Positions 44,320-54,134 of a stretch of 64,000 bases of DNA are shown here, piece by piece. The stretch spans positions 6,645 through 70,644 of the forward strand of contig JACQLT010000001.1 in NCBI GenBank assembly GCA_016203945.1, in the 5' to 3' direction. The notes under the pieces are model-generated. The model was not told the DNA's origin and did not search any database. It saw nothing but the letters and a program-made list of their open reading frames with translations. A program made the position numbers and the translations under genes. The stretch is from Parcubacteria group bacterium. Its GTDB lineage: Bacteria > Patescibacteriota > Minisyncoccia > Minisyncoccales > UBA10102. Every line of letters begins with the position of its first letter. Position 1 is the stretch's first letter.

Positions 44320-45246
44320 TTAATCCGCGGTTAATGCTTCTTTTGCTGTTGTCACTTCTGCGAGCTCCTGCGTGATTGCGGCTTGCCTTGCCTTGTTCAG
44401 CTGCAGGGTCAAGGATTCAATGAGGTCTTCTGCGTTTTCCGTGGCATTCTTCATGGCAACCATGCGCGAAGAATGTTCGGATGCGTTTGATTCAAATATG
44501 ATATGGAGGATAACCGCGCGCACGAGTTCTGGAAGAATGCTTTCAAAAATCTCTTGAGCAGACGGTTCAAAGAGATGGGAACCACCCACTTCTTCTCTCT
44601 TTGTTTGCATCTCTGAATACTTGCCCCGCGAGGGCACGATCCCTTCAATGATGTTTTGAAGGCCCTCCATGGTGAGAGGGAGCAGGTCTGTGAGTTCCGT
44701 TCTCTGAACGAGGGCAGAAACAAACATGGTTGAACAGAACGTCACTTTATCATACGTATGGTTCTGATAGCGCGTGATCAGCCATTCTGCCAAGGGAGAT
44801 ATCTCAGACAATGTGGCAACGCTTGAAAAGCCGGCGAAAGACGCAACCGCCTTCACGCCGCGCCTCGCGAAGAATTCTTCCGCCTTCTTGCCCACGGCGA
44901 CAATATCAACATTCGCATGCTCCTCGTGAAAACGCATAGCTCTGCGCAGTACATTCGCGTTAAAGGCTCCGGCAAGACCGCGATCTGAAGTCACCACGAC
45001 AAGACACATAGGACCGCCTTCTGCCTTTTTAAAATAGTGGCTGTGGTGCGTCAGTTCCTCCTTCTGGGCGATGAAAAGGAGGTTGCGCAAGAGCGTGACT
45101 GCCTCTTTCGCGTAGGGACGCGCCCTCAGAGCGGTTTCTTCTGCTTTGCGCATCTTGGTGGCAGCCACCATCTCCATTGCCTTCGTGATCTGCTTGATGT
45201 TGGAGGTTGCCCGTATCTTGTCTTTTACCTGTCTCGTTACTGCCAT
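44320..45246 (-). CDS. atpG: F1 ATP synthase gamma subunit
   Basis: gamma-like N/C helices (ITKAMEMVAATKMRKA ... ITQELAEV). Confidence 0.92.
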   Translation of the reverse strand: MAVTRQVKDKIRATSNIKQITKAMEMVAATKMRKAEETALRARPYAKEAVTLLRNLLFIAQKEELTHHSHYFKKAEGGPMCLVVVTSDRGLAGAFNANVLRRAMRFHEEHANVDIVAVGKKAEEFFARRGVKAVASFAGFSSVATLSEISPLAEWLITRYQNHTYDKVTFCSTMFVSALVQRTELTDLLPLTMEGLQNIIEGIVPSRGKYSEMQTKREEVGGSHLFEPSAQEIFESILPELVRAVILHIIFESNASEHSSRMVAMKNATENAEDLIESLTLQLNKARQAAITQELAEVTTAKEALTAD

Positions 45247-45252
45247 ATCATG

Positions 45253-46803
45253 TTATATGAATTCTTTGCGAACCTGCTCAATGATCAGCTGTAGTTTCTT
45301 TTGCGTGTCTTCTGAAAAATCCTGGGTTTTGCGTATGTCCTCTAAAATATCCGGATGCAGATTCCGGAGAAGTTCCAGCAGTTTTTGTTCAAATGCGAGT
45401 ACCTTGTGTACCGGAATCTCGTCCAAAAATCCAGCAACGCCGGCAAATAGAGAGCACACCTGTTCTTCCATTGGCATGACTGCGTACTGATCCTGCTTGA
45501 GCAGCTCGGTGAGCCTAGCTCCCCGGTCAATGCGCTTTCTGGTTGCCTCGTCCAAGTCCTGCGAAAACTGCGCGAACGCGGCAAGCTCCTGATACTGGGC
45601 GAGTTCCAGCTTCAGCTGAGAAGCCACTTTCTTCATTGCTTTTGTTTGCGCGGAAGAACCCACGCGCGATACCGACAATCCGATGTTCATCGCAGGCCTC
45701 TGGCCCTTAAAGAAAAGCTCTGGCTCCAAATAAATCTGGCCGTCCGTGATGGAAATGACGTTTGTGGGGATATACGCGGAGACATCTCCGAGCTGGGTCT
45801 CTACGATCGGAAGCGCGGTCAAGGATCCCCCGCCCTGCTCCTTGGAAAGCTTTGCCGCGCGCTCCAGTAGACGGGAATGAAGATAGAAAATGTCTCCAGG
45901 ATATGCCTCGCGCCCTGGCGGTCGCTTTAGGAGAAGCGCGATTTGGCGCCACGCCCACGCATGCTTGGAAAGATCATCATAGATGACCAGGGCATCCTTT
46001 CCCTTGTCGCGGAAATATTCTCCTATAGTGCATCCCGCAAAGGGAGCCAGGTACCAGAGGGCAGCTGAGTCTGCGGCGGTTGCCGCCACCACGACAGTGT
46101 ATTCCATAGCTCCCCTGCTTTCTAAATCGCGAATGAGCTTTGCAACCTTGGACGCTTTCTGGCCGATTGCGACGTAAATGCAGATTGGCCGCGTCTTTGC
46201 GGGACTGTTGAGCTGATTGAGAATGACGTCTTGAGCCAAGGCGGTTTTTCCGATTTGCCGGTCTCCGATGATGAGCTCGCGCTGGCCGCGGCCTATAGGG
46301 CACGTGGCGTCAATGACCTTAATGCCTGTAGCCAGCGACGTATTCACCGGCTCTCTAGCCATGACCGAGGGAGCGTTGCGCTCCAAGGGCGATGAAGAAA
46401 GGCCTTCTTTTGAAAGTTTGCCCTTTTCATCCAGCTCTTTTCCCAGCGGGTTTATTACTCTGCCCAGAAGAGCTTCTCCCACCGGAACAGAGAGCACCTG
46501 TCCCGTGCGTTTCACGACGTCTCCTTCGCGAACCTTCACGTCGTCTCCCAGCACCACGGCTTCCACGAGGTATTCCTGGAGGTTTAGTACGAGAGCAGCC
46601 ACGGGAGGCTGATTGAGACTTGCAGGCCAGGAAGAGATGAGCACCATTTCAGAAAACATGGCATTCGCCAGCCCTTCAATGGAAACAATGCCGTCTCCGA
46701 CGCTCACAATTCTGCCGATCTCCTCTGCCTTTGGCTTGAGGTTTGCTCCCTGGATCTGTTTCTGTAAAAGCTCGATGATAAAATCTTTTTCCATGGTGGT
46801 CAA
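45253..46803 (-). CDS. atpA: F1 ATP synthase alpha subunit
   Basis: [10 protein letters not shown]-loop, full-length alpha. Confidence 0.97.
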   Translation of the reverse strand: MTTMEKDFIIELLQKQIQGANLKPKAEEIGRIVSVGDGIVSIEGLANAMFSEMVLISSWPASLNQPPVAALVLNLQEYLVEAVVLGDDVKVREGDVVKRTGQVLSVPVGEALLGRVINPLGKELDEKGKLSKEGLSSSPLERNAPSVMAREPVNTSLATGIKVIDATCPIGRGQRELIIGDRQIGKTALAQDVILNQLNSPAKTRPICIYVAIGQKASKVAKLIRDLESRGAMEYTVVVAATAADSAALWYLAPFAGCTIGEYFRDKGKDALVIYDDLSKHAWAWRQIALLLKRPPGREAYPGDIFYLHSRLLERAAKLSKEQGGGSLTALPIVETQLGDVSAYIPTNVISITDGQIYLEPELFFKGQRPAMNIGLSVSRVGSSAQTKAMKKVASQLKLELAQYQELAAFAQFSQDLDEATRKRIDRGARLTELLKQDQYAVMPMEEQVCSLFAGVAGFLDEIPVHKVLAFEQKLLELLRNLHPDILEDIRKTQDFSEDTQKKLQLIIEQVRKEFI

Positions 46804-47192
46804 AGAAACATGCGGTATAGTTTTTCTCTCAGTGTTCCATCCATTAAATATTCATTTCCCAGAAAGATTGCTATCCCCCCCAGGAGTTGTGGATTCACGC
46901 GCACAGTGATCGCTCCAAATCCTTTTGGTTTCAATATTGATAACGCCTTCTTTTGAGTAGTCAGAGAAAGAGGAGCCGCGCTTACCATCTCAACTACCTT
47001 TTTCCCTTTTGCTTTGTATTCGTTTTGAACCCCAACTAAGCAGGCCTGCAGGAATTTCGTATCCCCTCGGCGCTTTACGAGCGCAAAGAAATTGCTCATC
47101 TGTGCCTTCGCTTCTTTTCTGGTCTTGGCTTTTGCAAGAGAGCCGACTAATGCCTTAACGTATCTCCGTATCTTATTATTTCTTGCTTGCAT
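46800..47192 (-). CDS. atpH: F1 ATP synthase delta subunit, short (130 aa)
   Basis: Operon position; C-terminal [23 protein letters not shown]-like; start MQARNNK overlaps atpF end. Confidence 0.7.
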   Translation of the reverse strand: MQARNNKIRRYVKALVGSLAKAKTRKEAKAQMSNFFALVKRRGDTKFLQACLVGVQNEYKAKGKKVVEMVSAAPLSLTTQKKALSILKPKGFGAITVRVNPQLLGGIAIFLGNEYLMDGTLREKLYRMFL

Positions 47193-47694
47193 ATCCTTGC
47201 GCCACAGAATGAAGCAACTCTGCCGTGAGTTTCTCTTGGTCTTTTTTGCTGATCGTTCGTGCAAGCACGCGTGCGGCTGCTGCAAACGCCATGTCTCGCA
47301 CCTGACCCTGCAACTCCTTGAGAGCCGCTTCCTGCTCCCTGGAAGCCTGGTCTTTAGCCGATTTCACGATTCCTTCGGCTTTTCTCTTTGCAAGGCTCAT
47401 CTGCTGCTGCTCCATGGCTTGAGAGCGCGCCTGAGTTTCTCTCATAACCTGCTGCGCCTCGCCTTGCGCCTTATGCAGCACATCTTCCCTCAATACTTTC
47501 GTGCGCTCAACTTCCCGCTCAGCTGTGGCTTTGAGCTCCAAGCCCTTTGCAATTTCGCGCTTTCTGTTCTCAATAAAATCCAGGAGTCGCTTGAAGACGA
47601 AACGCCGGAGTAGCCAGAACACCAATAGAAAATTCAGCACCTGCGCCGCCAGGAGCTTTCCGTTGATCCCAAGGTTCTCCAAAAGCTCTGCCAT
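47176..47694 (-). CDS. atpF: Fo ATP synthase subunit b
   Basis: One TM helix then long charged helix. Confidence 0.85.
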   Translation of the reverse strand: MAELLENLGINGKLLAAQVLNFLLVFWLLRRFVFKRLLDFIENRKREIAKGLELKATAEREVERTKVLREDVLHKAQGEAQQVMRETQARSQAMEQQQMSLAKRKAEGIVKSAKDQASREQEAALKELQGQVRDMAFAAAARVLARTISKKDQEKLTAELLHSVAQGYASKK

Positions 47695-47708
47695 GCTATG
47701 TGAACGAA

Positions 47709-47942
<234 letters not shown>

Positions 47943-47981
47943 TTATTGAATTATGTGTTTGTTATTCTTTTTGACCTTTAG

Positions 47982-48728
47982 TTAATGTGCGGTTTCAGTC
48001 GCCATCCTCGCAAATATCATGGCCAGCATGGAAAACACAAGCGCCTGCACCAGCCCCACGAACAACTCAAGGAGTAGAAAGGGAAAGGGAGCCACTAGGG
48101 GAACAAGCGTCATGATGATGACCAGAAGAACCTCTCCCGCAAAGATATTCCCAAACAAACGGAACGAGAACGAAAGAACTTTGGCGAACTCCGCGATGAG
48201 TTCCAAAATGCCGACGAAGAAATAGATGGGCCCTTTGGTAAACGTAAAGAACTTGGAGAGGTGCCGCAAGAACCCGAGCTGCCGTATGCCGTATAGCTGA
48301 ATGGCAATCATGGTAACGAGCGTCAAGGCAAGCGTGCTATTCAAATCGCTGTTTGCCGACCTGAAAAACGGCACAAACGCGCGTTCTCCCTCATGCATCT
48401 CGTATATACCGAACGACCCCACTCCCGGCACCAGCCCGATCCAGTTGTTTAGAAGAACAAAAAGAAATATGGTGGCAATGAGAGGGAAAAACTTTTTTGC
48501 CTGCTCCCTATTTCCTAAGGTTTGCGCCATGAAATCCAGAATGCCGTCCACCACGATTTCAGCTCCGTTTTGAATGCGGCCGGGCACTCGTTGAAGTCGC
48601 CGGACCGCAAAAAAACCGGCTCCGCAAAGCAGGAGCGCGGTCAACAAAGAGAGAATCAAACTATTGGAAATGGGGATTCCTGCGAGGTGAGCTATAATCT
48701 CTGGCTTCAAACTAATGTGAATATCCAT
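47982..48728 (-). CDS. atpB: Fo ATP synthase subunit a
   Basis: Conserved LSFSFRLFGNIFAGE (Arg) motif. Confidence 0.92.
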   Translation of the reverse strand: MDIHISLKPEIIAHLAGIPISNSLILSLLTALLLCGAGFFAVRRLQRVPGRIQNGAEIVVDGILDFMAQTLGNREQAKKFFPLIATIFLFVLLNNWIGLVPGVGSFGIYEMHEGERAFVPFFRSANSDLNSTLALTLVTMIAIQLYGIRQLGFLRHLSKFFTFTKGPIYFFVGILELIAEFAKVLSFSFRLFGNIFAGEVLLVIIMTLVPLVAPFPFLLLELFVGLVQALVFSMLAMIFARMATETAH

Positions 48729-48747
48729 AACAATTACTCAACGCTTA

Positions 48748-49173
48748 TCATACCTTGCTTATAGGATGCTTGTAAAGAGCCCGCACTATGGAGATGGATA
48801 TCCCCTGTTCCGCCATCCACTGTTTCAGATCCTTCTCAAGCGCGTCCTGATCATAGCCGAGGCAGATGACGTCAGGCGCAAGTCGCTCAAGCACCCGCCA
48901 GGAAGACAGATCCTTGTCACCCAACACAGCCCAACTCACCAAGGGCTCCTGACTTACGAGGCGCATGCGCTCCTGCTCTGGAAGCCGAGGTTCTTTCTTC
49001 TTGAACTCCCGCACGAAGCTATCCCTGCCAACAATGGCAACTAGTTCAATATCTGTGCGGACTTGCCCCGAGCGATCCGCCGACTGGGCGGAGAGTCGAT
49101 GGGCCTGGTCGAACAAAGAACGGTGACCCTCATGCACCCCGTCAAAAATACCGAATACGACAACTCGTTTCAT
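48748..49173 (-). CDS. cytidylyltransferase-like nucleotidyltransferase, archaeal RibL (FAD synthase)-like
   Basis: VVVFGIFDGVHEGH (HxGH) motif, about 141 aa; ATGA overlap with upstream gene. Confidence 0.55.
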   Translation of the reverse strand: MKRVVVFGIFDGVHEGHRSLFDQAHRLSAQSADRSGQVRTDIELVAIVGRDSFVREFKKKEPRLPEQERMRLVSQEPLVSWAVLGDKDLSSWRVLERLAPDVICLGYDQDALEKDLKQWMAEQGISISIVRALYKHPISKV

Positions 49174-49913
49174 GCCTTTCCCTTCTTCCATGGAGCTCGG
49201 AGAAGTATAGACGCATACAGGTCTTCTTCCAATGAAATACGGAGTCCCGCAAGCTCTTCTTGGCTTGGGTTCCTATCTTGAAACTGCACAAACGGAACGT
49301 CTTCGATCACCGCAAGAGGAGTTTGCTCGCTTCCTTCTCCCATCTCAAGGACTGCCGACGAAGCCAAGCCGTCCGCGACATTCACCTGCGTTACTTTCAA
49401 TGGCCTGCCAAAAAGGTCTGGCGTGCCGCGATAATCGTTCAGCGCCAAAAATCCAGAATGCGAAATGGCAATACCATTGACCCCCCATCTCAAGGGACGG
49501 GTCGTGCTGTCTGTGATGATAACCCCTACGCGCTCCAGAGAAAACCGTTTCTGTAAAAACTCCCGAATGCTATCTGCGCTCCCTTGAGGGTCACGCGGCC
49601 AGAAGACATAGAGGTCTGACGCGTTGGATTCATCAATGCCCGCGGTGGCGGCAAGCATCCCTCGCTTGACCGCCAGAAAAAAGTGGTGCTTGTTTTCGTC
49701 TGCCGGAAGATACATCTCTGCCTCCTGCTCCACCAGCTTCTTCTTTTCCGCGCCTTCCTTTTTTATAACCCTCCCTTCGCACAGGGAAACGATCTTGGAG
49801 GTGACGGCTAATACGGAACCCTCGGGCATTTCTTTTAGGTATACGTTAATAACCGCAAGGATATCCGTATCCTTCTGCGTTATCTTGTGTGTTTTCACCG
49901 TCCGGACCTTCAT
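49170..49913 (-). CDS. CofE-family (F420-0:gamma-glutamyl ligase-like) protein
   Basis: VTSKIVSLCEGR, ATAGIDESNA, IITDSTTRPLRWG motifs. Confidence 0.7.
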   Translation of the reverse strand: MKVRTVKTHKITQKDTDILAVINVYLKEMPEGSVLAVTSKIVSLCEGRVIKKEGAEKKKLVEQEAEMYLPADENKHHFFLAVKRGMLAATAGIDESNASDLYVFWPRDPQGSADSIREFLQKRFSLERVGVIITDSTTRPLRWGVNGIAISHSGFLALNDYRGTPDLFGRPLKVTQVNVADGLASSAVLEMGEGSEQTPLAVIEDVPFVQFQDRNPSQEELAGLRISLEEDLYASILLRAPWKKGKA

Positions 49914-49919
49914 GGTCGT

Positions 49920-49928
49920 ATCGTAGCA
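49920..49928 (-). promoter_or_regulatory. extended -10 for cofE-like operon, leaderless type
   Basis: TGcTACGAT, 6 nt to ATG. Confidence 0.4.
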
Positions 49929-49933
49929 AAAAA

Positions 49934-49942
49934 TGGTATAAT
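49934..49942 (+). promoter_or_regulatory. extended -10 for 49952 gene, leaderless type
   Basis: TGgTATAAT, 9 nt to ATG. Confidence 0.5.
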
Positions 49943-49951
49943 TAAAAAAAC

Positions 49952-51079
49952 ATGCAATACCTTATCATCCCCCTTCTTATCATCCTTGCGATTGGGGTCG
50001 TGGCAGCTCGCATTGATCTCCCCGGGTTTGATTTTCCAAACGTGCTTTCAATCCTTGGGTGGGGAACTTCAACTCCTTCATCTCAAGGCGAGGTATATCT
50101 CTCGCAACGAGATACGCAACCCACAAATCCTCTCTTAGATACGGCAATTATAGAGGGTCCGCAGAATAATACCGTATTCCTTACTACAACCACCGTCACA
50201 TTTATATTTTCCGGAACAGGGCCTAAAAATATTCCCGTAAACACTCTCTCGTTTGAAACAAAAATAGAGGGTCTCGAGGAATCCTGGCAGTCCTCATCGG
50301 GAAACTCCAGAACCGTTACGCTTCCCGGAGGCAAAAAAACCTATCGGTTCTCGGTGCGTTCAAAACTGGGAAACGAGGTGGACCCAACCCCTGCCTCAAG
50401 AATCTTTGTTGTCCGGGTGTCTCCGTACTTTGGCAAAGTGAGCATCGGGAGCATTCGGGCACCCAGCTCTTTTCAGTCAGGCACCGTCACTCTTCAGGCG
50501 TATTCCCTGGGACAGAACGAATCGGTTTCTGTAACCGGCTGGAAGCTGCAGGGAAGAAACGATGACTTTGTTATTCCTCAGGGCGTGAAAAAGTATCTTC
50601 TTTTAGGGCAAAATTCTAGAGAGAATATAATAATGATACCGGGAACTTCTGTTATTATCTCTGAAAACCAGAATCCTTTGGCAGGAGGAATTGCATTCCA
50701 ACCCAATCGGTGTTTCGGGTATTTTACGGCAAATCGCACCTTCCCGATTTCGGTGCCATCCAGTTGTCCTGATTTTAATCCTCCGCGTTCTGCAATTTCC
50801 TATCTTTCTCCCATATGCCAGGACTTTATTTCGCAACTTTCCGGCTGCAGAAAACCGGACTATCGGCAGCATGCAGTATCTGCAGATGTGGAATGCAAGG
50901 ATTATTTAGATAACCATTTTACCTACGACATCTGCGTTCGCGATTATGGGACGACGTCCAATTTTCTGGTCAATCAATGGCATATATATACCGAGCAAGA
51001 ACGATTCCTCAGGCCGGGCCACGACCAAGTTAGCCTCTACGACTCTGACGGCCTCTTCGTCCAACGCTACGACTACTAG
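49952..51079 (+). CDS. secreted hypothetical protein with possible lamin-tail-like domain
   Basis: N-terminal hydrophobic anchor; block VTLQAYSLGQNESVSVTGWKLQGRNDDFVIPQG resembles LTD; Cys-rich C-terminus. Confidence 0.4.
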   Translation: MQYLIIPLLIILAIGVVAARIDLPGFDFPNVLSILGWGTSTPSSQGEVYLSQRDTQPTNPLLDTAIIEGPQNNTVFLTTTTVTFIFSGTGPKNIPVNTLSFETKIEGLEESWQSSSGNSRTVTLPGGKKTYRFSVRSKLGNEVDPTPASRIFVVRVSPYFGKVSIGSIRAPSSFQSGTVTLQAYSLGQNESVSVTGWKLQGRNDDFVIPQGVKKYLLLGQNSRENIIMIPGTSVIISENQNPLAGGIAFQPNRCFGYFTANRTFPISVPSSCPDFNPPRSAISYLSPICQDFISQLSGCRKPDYRQHAVSADVECKDYLDNHFTYDICVRDYGTTSNFLVNQWHIYTEQERFLRPGHDQVSLYDSDGLFVQRYDY

Positions 51080-51510
51080 TCAATCCGATCTCCTACAATA
51101 ACTCCGTAGCGGTCTGCCCATCCTGCAGAAATTTCCAGTACATACTGCACAGGCAACCCAGAAGAAAATGTCTGTGGAAAGGTGTCTGGAGAAATATCGG
51201 GCGCAATGCCAACGATGGTTTTGTATTCGTCAATCCATATAATGTCTATGGCAAAACGCATGTCCTTCATCCAGAAAGACAGGGCCTGAGGGTTTTCGTA
51301 TACAAACAGCATCCCCTCTCGTTCTCCCAGAGACGGGCGCCCAGACAGTCCGCGTATCTGAAGCTGCCTCGTGTCTGCGATCTCTACCAGAAGCTCTTGA
51401 TTCCCTATGCGAATTATCCTCTGTTCCGTTTGTACATCCTTTCCCTTCGGCAGAAAAACCGCCGAAGCTCCGAGGAAAAGAGTGACTCCGATGACGATCA
51501 GCGCGCGCAT
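51076..51510 (-). CDS. DUF192-domain protein
   Basis: RGLSGR...GMLFVY...FWMKDMRFAIDIIWID pattern. Confidence 0.7.
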   Translation of the reverse strand: MRALIVIGVTLFLGASAVFLPKGKDVQTEQRIIRIGNQELLVEIADTRQLQIRGLSGRPSLGEREGMLFVYENPQALSFWMKDMRFAIDIIWIDEYKTIVGIAPDISPDTFPQTFSSGLPVQYVLEISAGWADRYGVIVGDRID

Positions 51511-51513
51511 GAT

Positions 51514-52545
51514 CTATCCATGCTTGAATTCAATGACGTCTCCGTCTTGCACCTCGTATTCCTTTCCTTCCGTGCGCACAAGGCCGCGGGAAGCAGCCGA
51601 TGCGATGCTTTCCGATTCAAGCAGCTGCTCGCTTGGAACAACCATGGCTTTGATGAACTTCGTTTCAAAATCGCTGTGAATGACGGCTCCAGCTGTGGGC
51701 GCACGCGTCTCCTTGCGTATCGTCCAAGCTCGAACCTCATCTGATCCTGCAGTGAAAAAAGTTATGAGGCCCAACAGTTCGTATGATTTCGCGATCAATT
51801 CCGGCAACCGCGGAGCCATGCCAAGCTCGGTTAATCCGGCCTCGTTCAGTCCTGCCATATCAAACTCTTCCTTGATGTTCAGAGCGATGAAAGACATATC
51901 CATGCTTTCAAGCTTCTTTCTGAGAGAAACTGAAACATCACTGCTTTCGGCATTCAATACATAGAGTACCGGCTTTGCAGAAAGAAGATGGAGATTGGGC
52001 TGGGCTTCGGCGATCGGCTTACCTTCTGCCAATGCCGCACGAGCCCTGGAAAGAATCTCCAGTTCTTCTTGGACCTCCTTTTTTCCGGTCTTGGCATCCC
52101 GCTGAAGATCAAACATCCTCCGGTCAACGGTTTCCATGTCTTTGAGGGCAAGCTCCGTGCGTATGGTTTCAATGTCTCTGAGAGGATCTGGCGCTCCCTC
52201 GACATGAGTAATCTCGGGGTCTTTAAAACAGCGCACCACATGCAGAATGGAAGCCACTTCGCGAATGTGAGCTAAAAACTTGTTTCCGAGCCCTTCTCCT
52301 GCGGCAGCTCCCTTCACCAATCCTGCGATATCCACAAATTCAACGATGGCCGGGATGGTCTTTTCTGGTTTGAATAGCTGGCTGAGTTTCTCAAGCCGTG
52401 CGTCCTGCACGGTCGCGATGCCAACGTTCGGCTCAACGGTGCAGAACGGGTAGTTTGCAATATCCACGGGTTTCTTGGTGAGCGCCTGAAACAGCGTTGA
52501 CTTCCCCACATTCGGCAACCCGACAATTCCGACAGAGAGCTTCAT
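51514..52545 (-). CDS. ychF: ribosome-binding ATPase YchF
   Basis: GIVGLPNVGKST, TGS-like C-terminus DGDVIEFKH. Confidence 0.9.
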   Translation of the reverse strand: MKLSVGIVGLPNVGKSTLFQALTKKPVDIANYPFCTVEPNVGIATVQDARLEKLSQLFKPEKTIPAIVEFVDIAGLVKGAAAGEGLGNKFLAHIREVASILHVVRCFKDPEITHVEGAPDPLRDIETIRTELALKDMETVDRRMFDLQRDAKTGKKEVQEELEILSRARAALAEGKPIAEAQPNLHLLSAKPVLYVLNAESSDVSVSLRKKLESMDMSFIALNIKEEFDMAGLNEAGLTELGMAPRLPELIAKSYELLGLITFFTAGSDEVRAWTIRKETRAPTAGAVIHSDFETKFIKAMVVPSEQLLESESIASAASRGLVRTEGKEYEVQDGDVIEFKHG

Positions 52546-53261
52546 GGAGTAATGATAGTGCCTTCAAAGGATTTTCCGTCAATGGCGGCCTTGAAGCTTT
52601 TCAAATCCGCTGCCTTAAAAATTTTTGCGGTGAGCGAGAGCTTTTCTGCCAGGCGCGTGGCAACCGGGTCCACGGGAGTAGAAAGTCCAGGGACCCACGT
52701 CCGCGGAATAAGTTTTTTGTAATTGCTCCAGGAAATTCTCCTGATTGGCTTTGCCTTTGAGTTTTTTCTCGGGTCGCTGTCGTGCACAAATGAGGTGTCT
52801 TTTGCAATGATGACGTCTCGGGCATCGAATTTCTGCGCAAGCCGCACTGCGATATAGTCGGTTGACCATCCGGGCCTCCAGCCAGAAGCAAAGAAAATCT
52901 CCCTGTTTGAGTGCTTCATCATTTCTACTTCTTCTTCCAAAGGATCGTGATCAATAACTATAGGATATGCTTCTTTCACGAAAATCGTTCTCAATAAATG
53001 AGCGTTTAGGCGCGTAGCGTGAATGCCGATCCAGTCAAGATCCCAATCAGAAACCTTTTTTACCTTGTTAGCCGACTCTTGATATACCCTGCATATCTTG
53101 CCCCCGCCCACGACAATGACAAAGCGTTTGCCTTTACCAAGCTGTCTGCGCATGAATATGAGGAAGTCCCTCAAAAAAGCGGTGTTGATTCCGCCTTGGT
53201 CTGAAAGATGGGGAACAACCGCAGATCCCCCCAAATGGATGACAATGTACGAGGATTTCAT
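52542..53261 (-). CDS. pyrH: amino-acid-kinase family protein, archaeal-type UMP kinase-like
   Basis: IHLGGS, VIVVGGGK, TTDY-like WSTDYIAVRLA, final GTIITP resemble archaeal PyrH. Confidence 0.6.
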   Translation of the reverse strand: MKSSYIVIHLGGSAVVPHLSDQGGINTAFLRDFLIFMRRQLGKGKRFVIVVGGGKICRVYQESANKVKKVSDWDLDWIGIHATRLNAHLLRTIFVKEAYPIVIDHDPLEEEVEMMKHSNREIFFASGWRPGWSTDYIAVRLAQKFDARDVIIAKDTSFVHDSDPRKNSKAKPIRRISWSNYKKLIPRTWVPGLSTPVDPVATRLAEKLSLTAKIFKAADLKSFKAAIDGKSFEGTIITP

Positions 53262-54103
53262 GATCGGGAATATTGTAGCATAAATTTTGCCAGACCCTTC
53301 TTTTTGAGCTCCTGATGAAGCTTATAGTACCCGCACCATTCTTTGGAGCATATCCAGGACTCCGCGGGATGCAGGCAGTAGAATACGTTATGCTTTACGG
53401 CTTCCAAGATGGCATGCGCAGCCCGAAGCACCGTCGCATAGTTGTGCGCGGGACGCTGTACCTGGAATCGCACGATCCTGGAATCTTGTTTTGAGAATAC
53501 GATGTAGTCCTTGCTTATCCCGCGAACGGGCTTTCCCTTGAGCCGCAAGAATGCCTCCTGGTAAATTGAGATCTGCGGATCGTTATTGATATCCTGCCAG
53601 CTGGGCGTGCGGCGCGTGGTCTTCATCTCGTGGATGACGTGGCTCGTGTCGGAAAGATCAATCCTGCCCACCATTTCCAGGCCCTTGCCCGCGGGAAAGT
53701 TGAACGCGGTCTCCACGAGATCCGGCTTGATCTTGGGCTCCAATTCTTTGTAATAGACGTCTATGCCCCTGGCCCCCGTAAGCAGGAGGTTCGGTATGCT
53801 GCTCTTGCGCTCCTTTGCGAGGTATTCTTTCGTGAGAAGCGCGCGGGATTGCTCCATTTCAATCTCATAATCTTCCAGTGCCGATTGGAAAATCCCCGCG
53901 AAGAAATCCTTCGCGTCCCGCGCCTTCACGCCTTTCCGATCCAGTTTTTTCTGCTCAAAATGGTAGGCGAACGTCTCATGCAAGGCAAAGCCGTGCTTCT
54001 GGGCTTTGGTCGGAGGCCGCCTGATACCCAAGACGTAGCGAAACAGAAAATGTTCCGGACATCGCACATAGACCATCAATTGACTAAAGCTTATATGTTT
54101 CAT
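53258..54103 (-). CDS. PD-(D/E)XK nuclease, RecB/Cas4-like with Cys cluster
   Basis: GRIDL...IHEMKT (D...ExK), QISIYQ, Cys at VRCPEH plus C-x8-C-x4-C near C-terminus. Confidence 0.65.
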   Translation of the reverse strand: MKHISFSQLMVYVRCPEHFLFRYVLGIRRPPTKAQKHGFALHETFAYHFEQKKLDRKGVKARDAKDFFAGIFQSALEDYEIEMEQSRALLTKEYLAKERKSSIPNLLLTGARGIDVYYKELEPKIKPDLVETAFNFPAGKGLEMVGRIDLSDTSHVIHEMKTTRRTPSWQDINNDPQISIYQEAFLRLKGKPVRGISKDYIVFSKQDSRIVRFQVQRPAHNYATVLRAAHAILEAVKHNVFYCLHPAESWICSKEWCGYYKLHQELKKKGLAKFMLQYSRS

Positions 54104-54134
54104 GGTTCTTCAAAAGATACACTCTGTGAGTGCA

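Noticed and set aside
44406-45836. GTCAAGGAT copies at 44406 and 45828 as extra operator sites
   Set aside because: They lie inside atpG and atpA reading frames, where they are explained by codons (V-K-D and similar). Only the intergenic copies are reported.
46590-46630. Extra ~8 residues (WPASLNQPP) in the atpA N-terminal domain as another hairpin-element insertion
   Set aside because: The nucleotide sequence shows no palindrome or similarity to families A or B.
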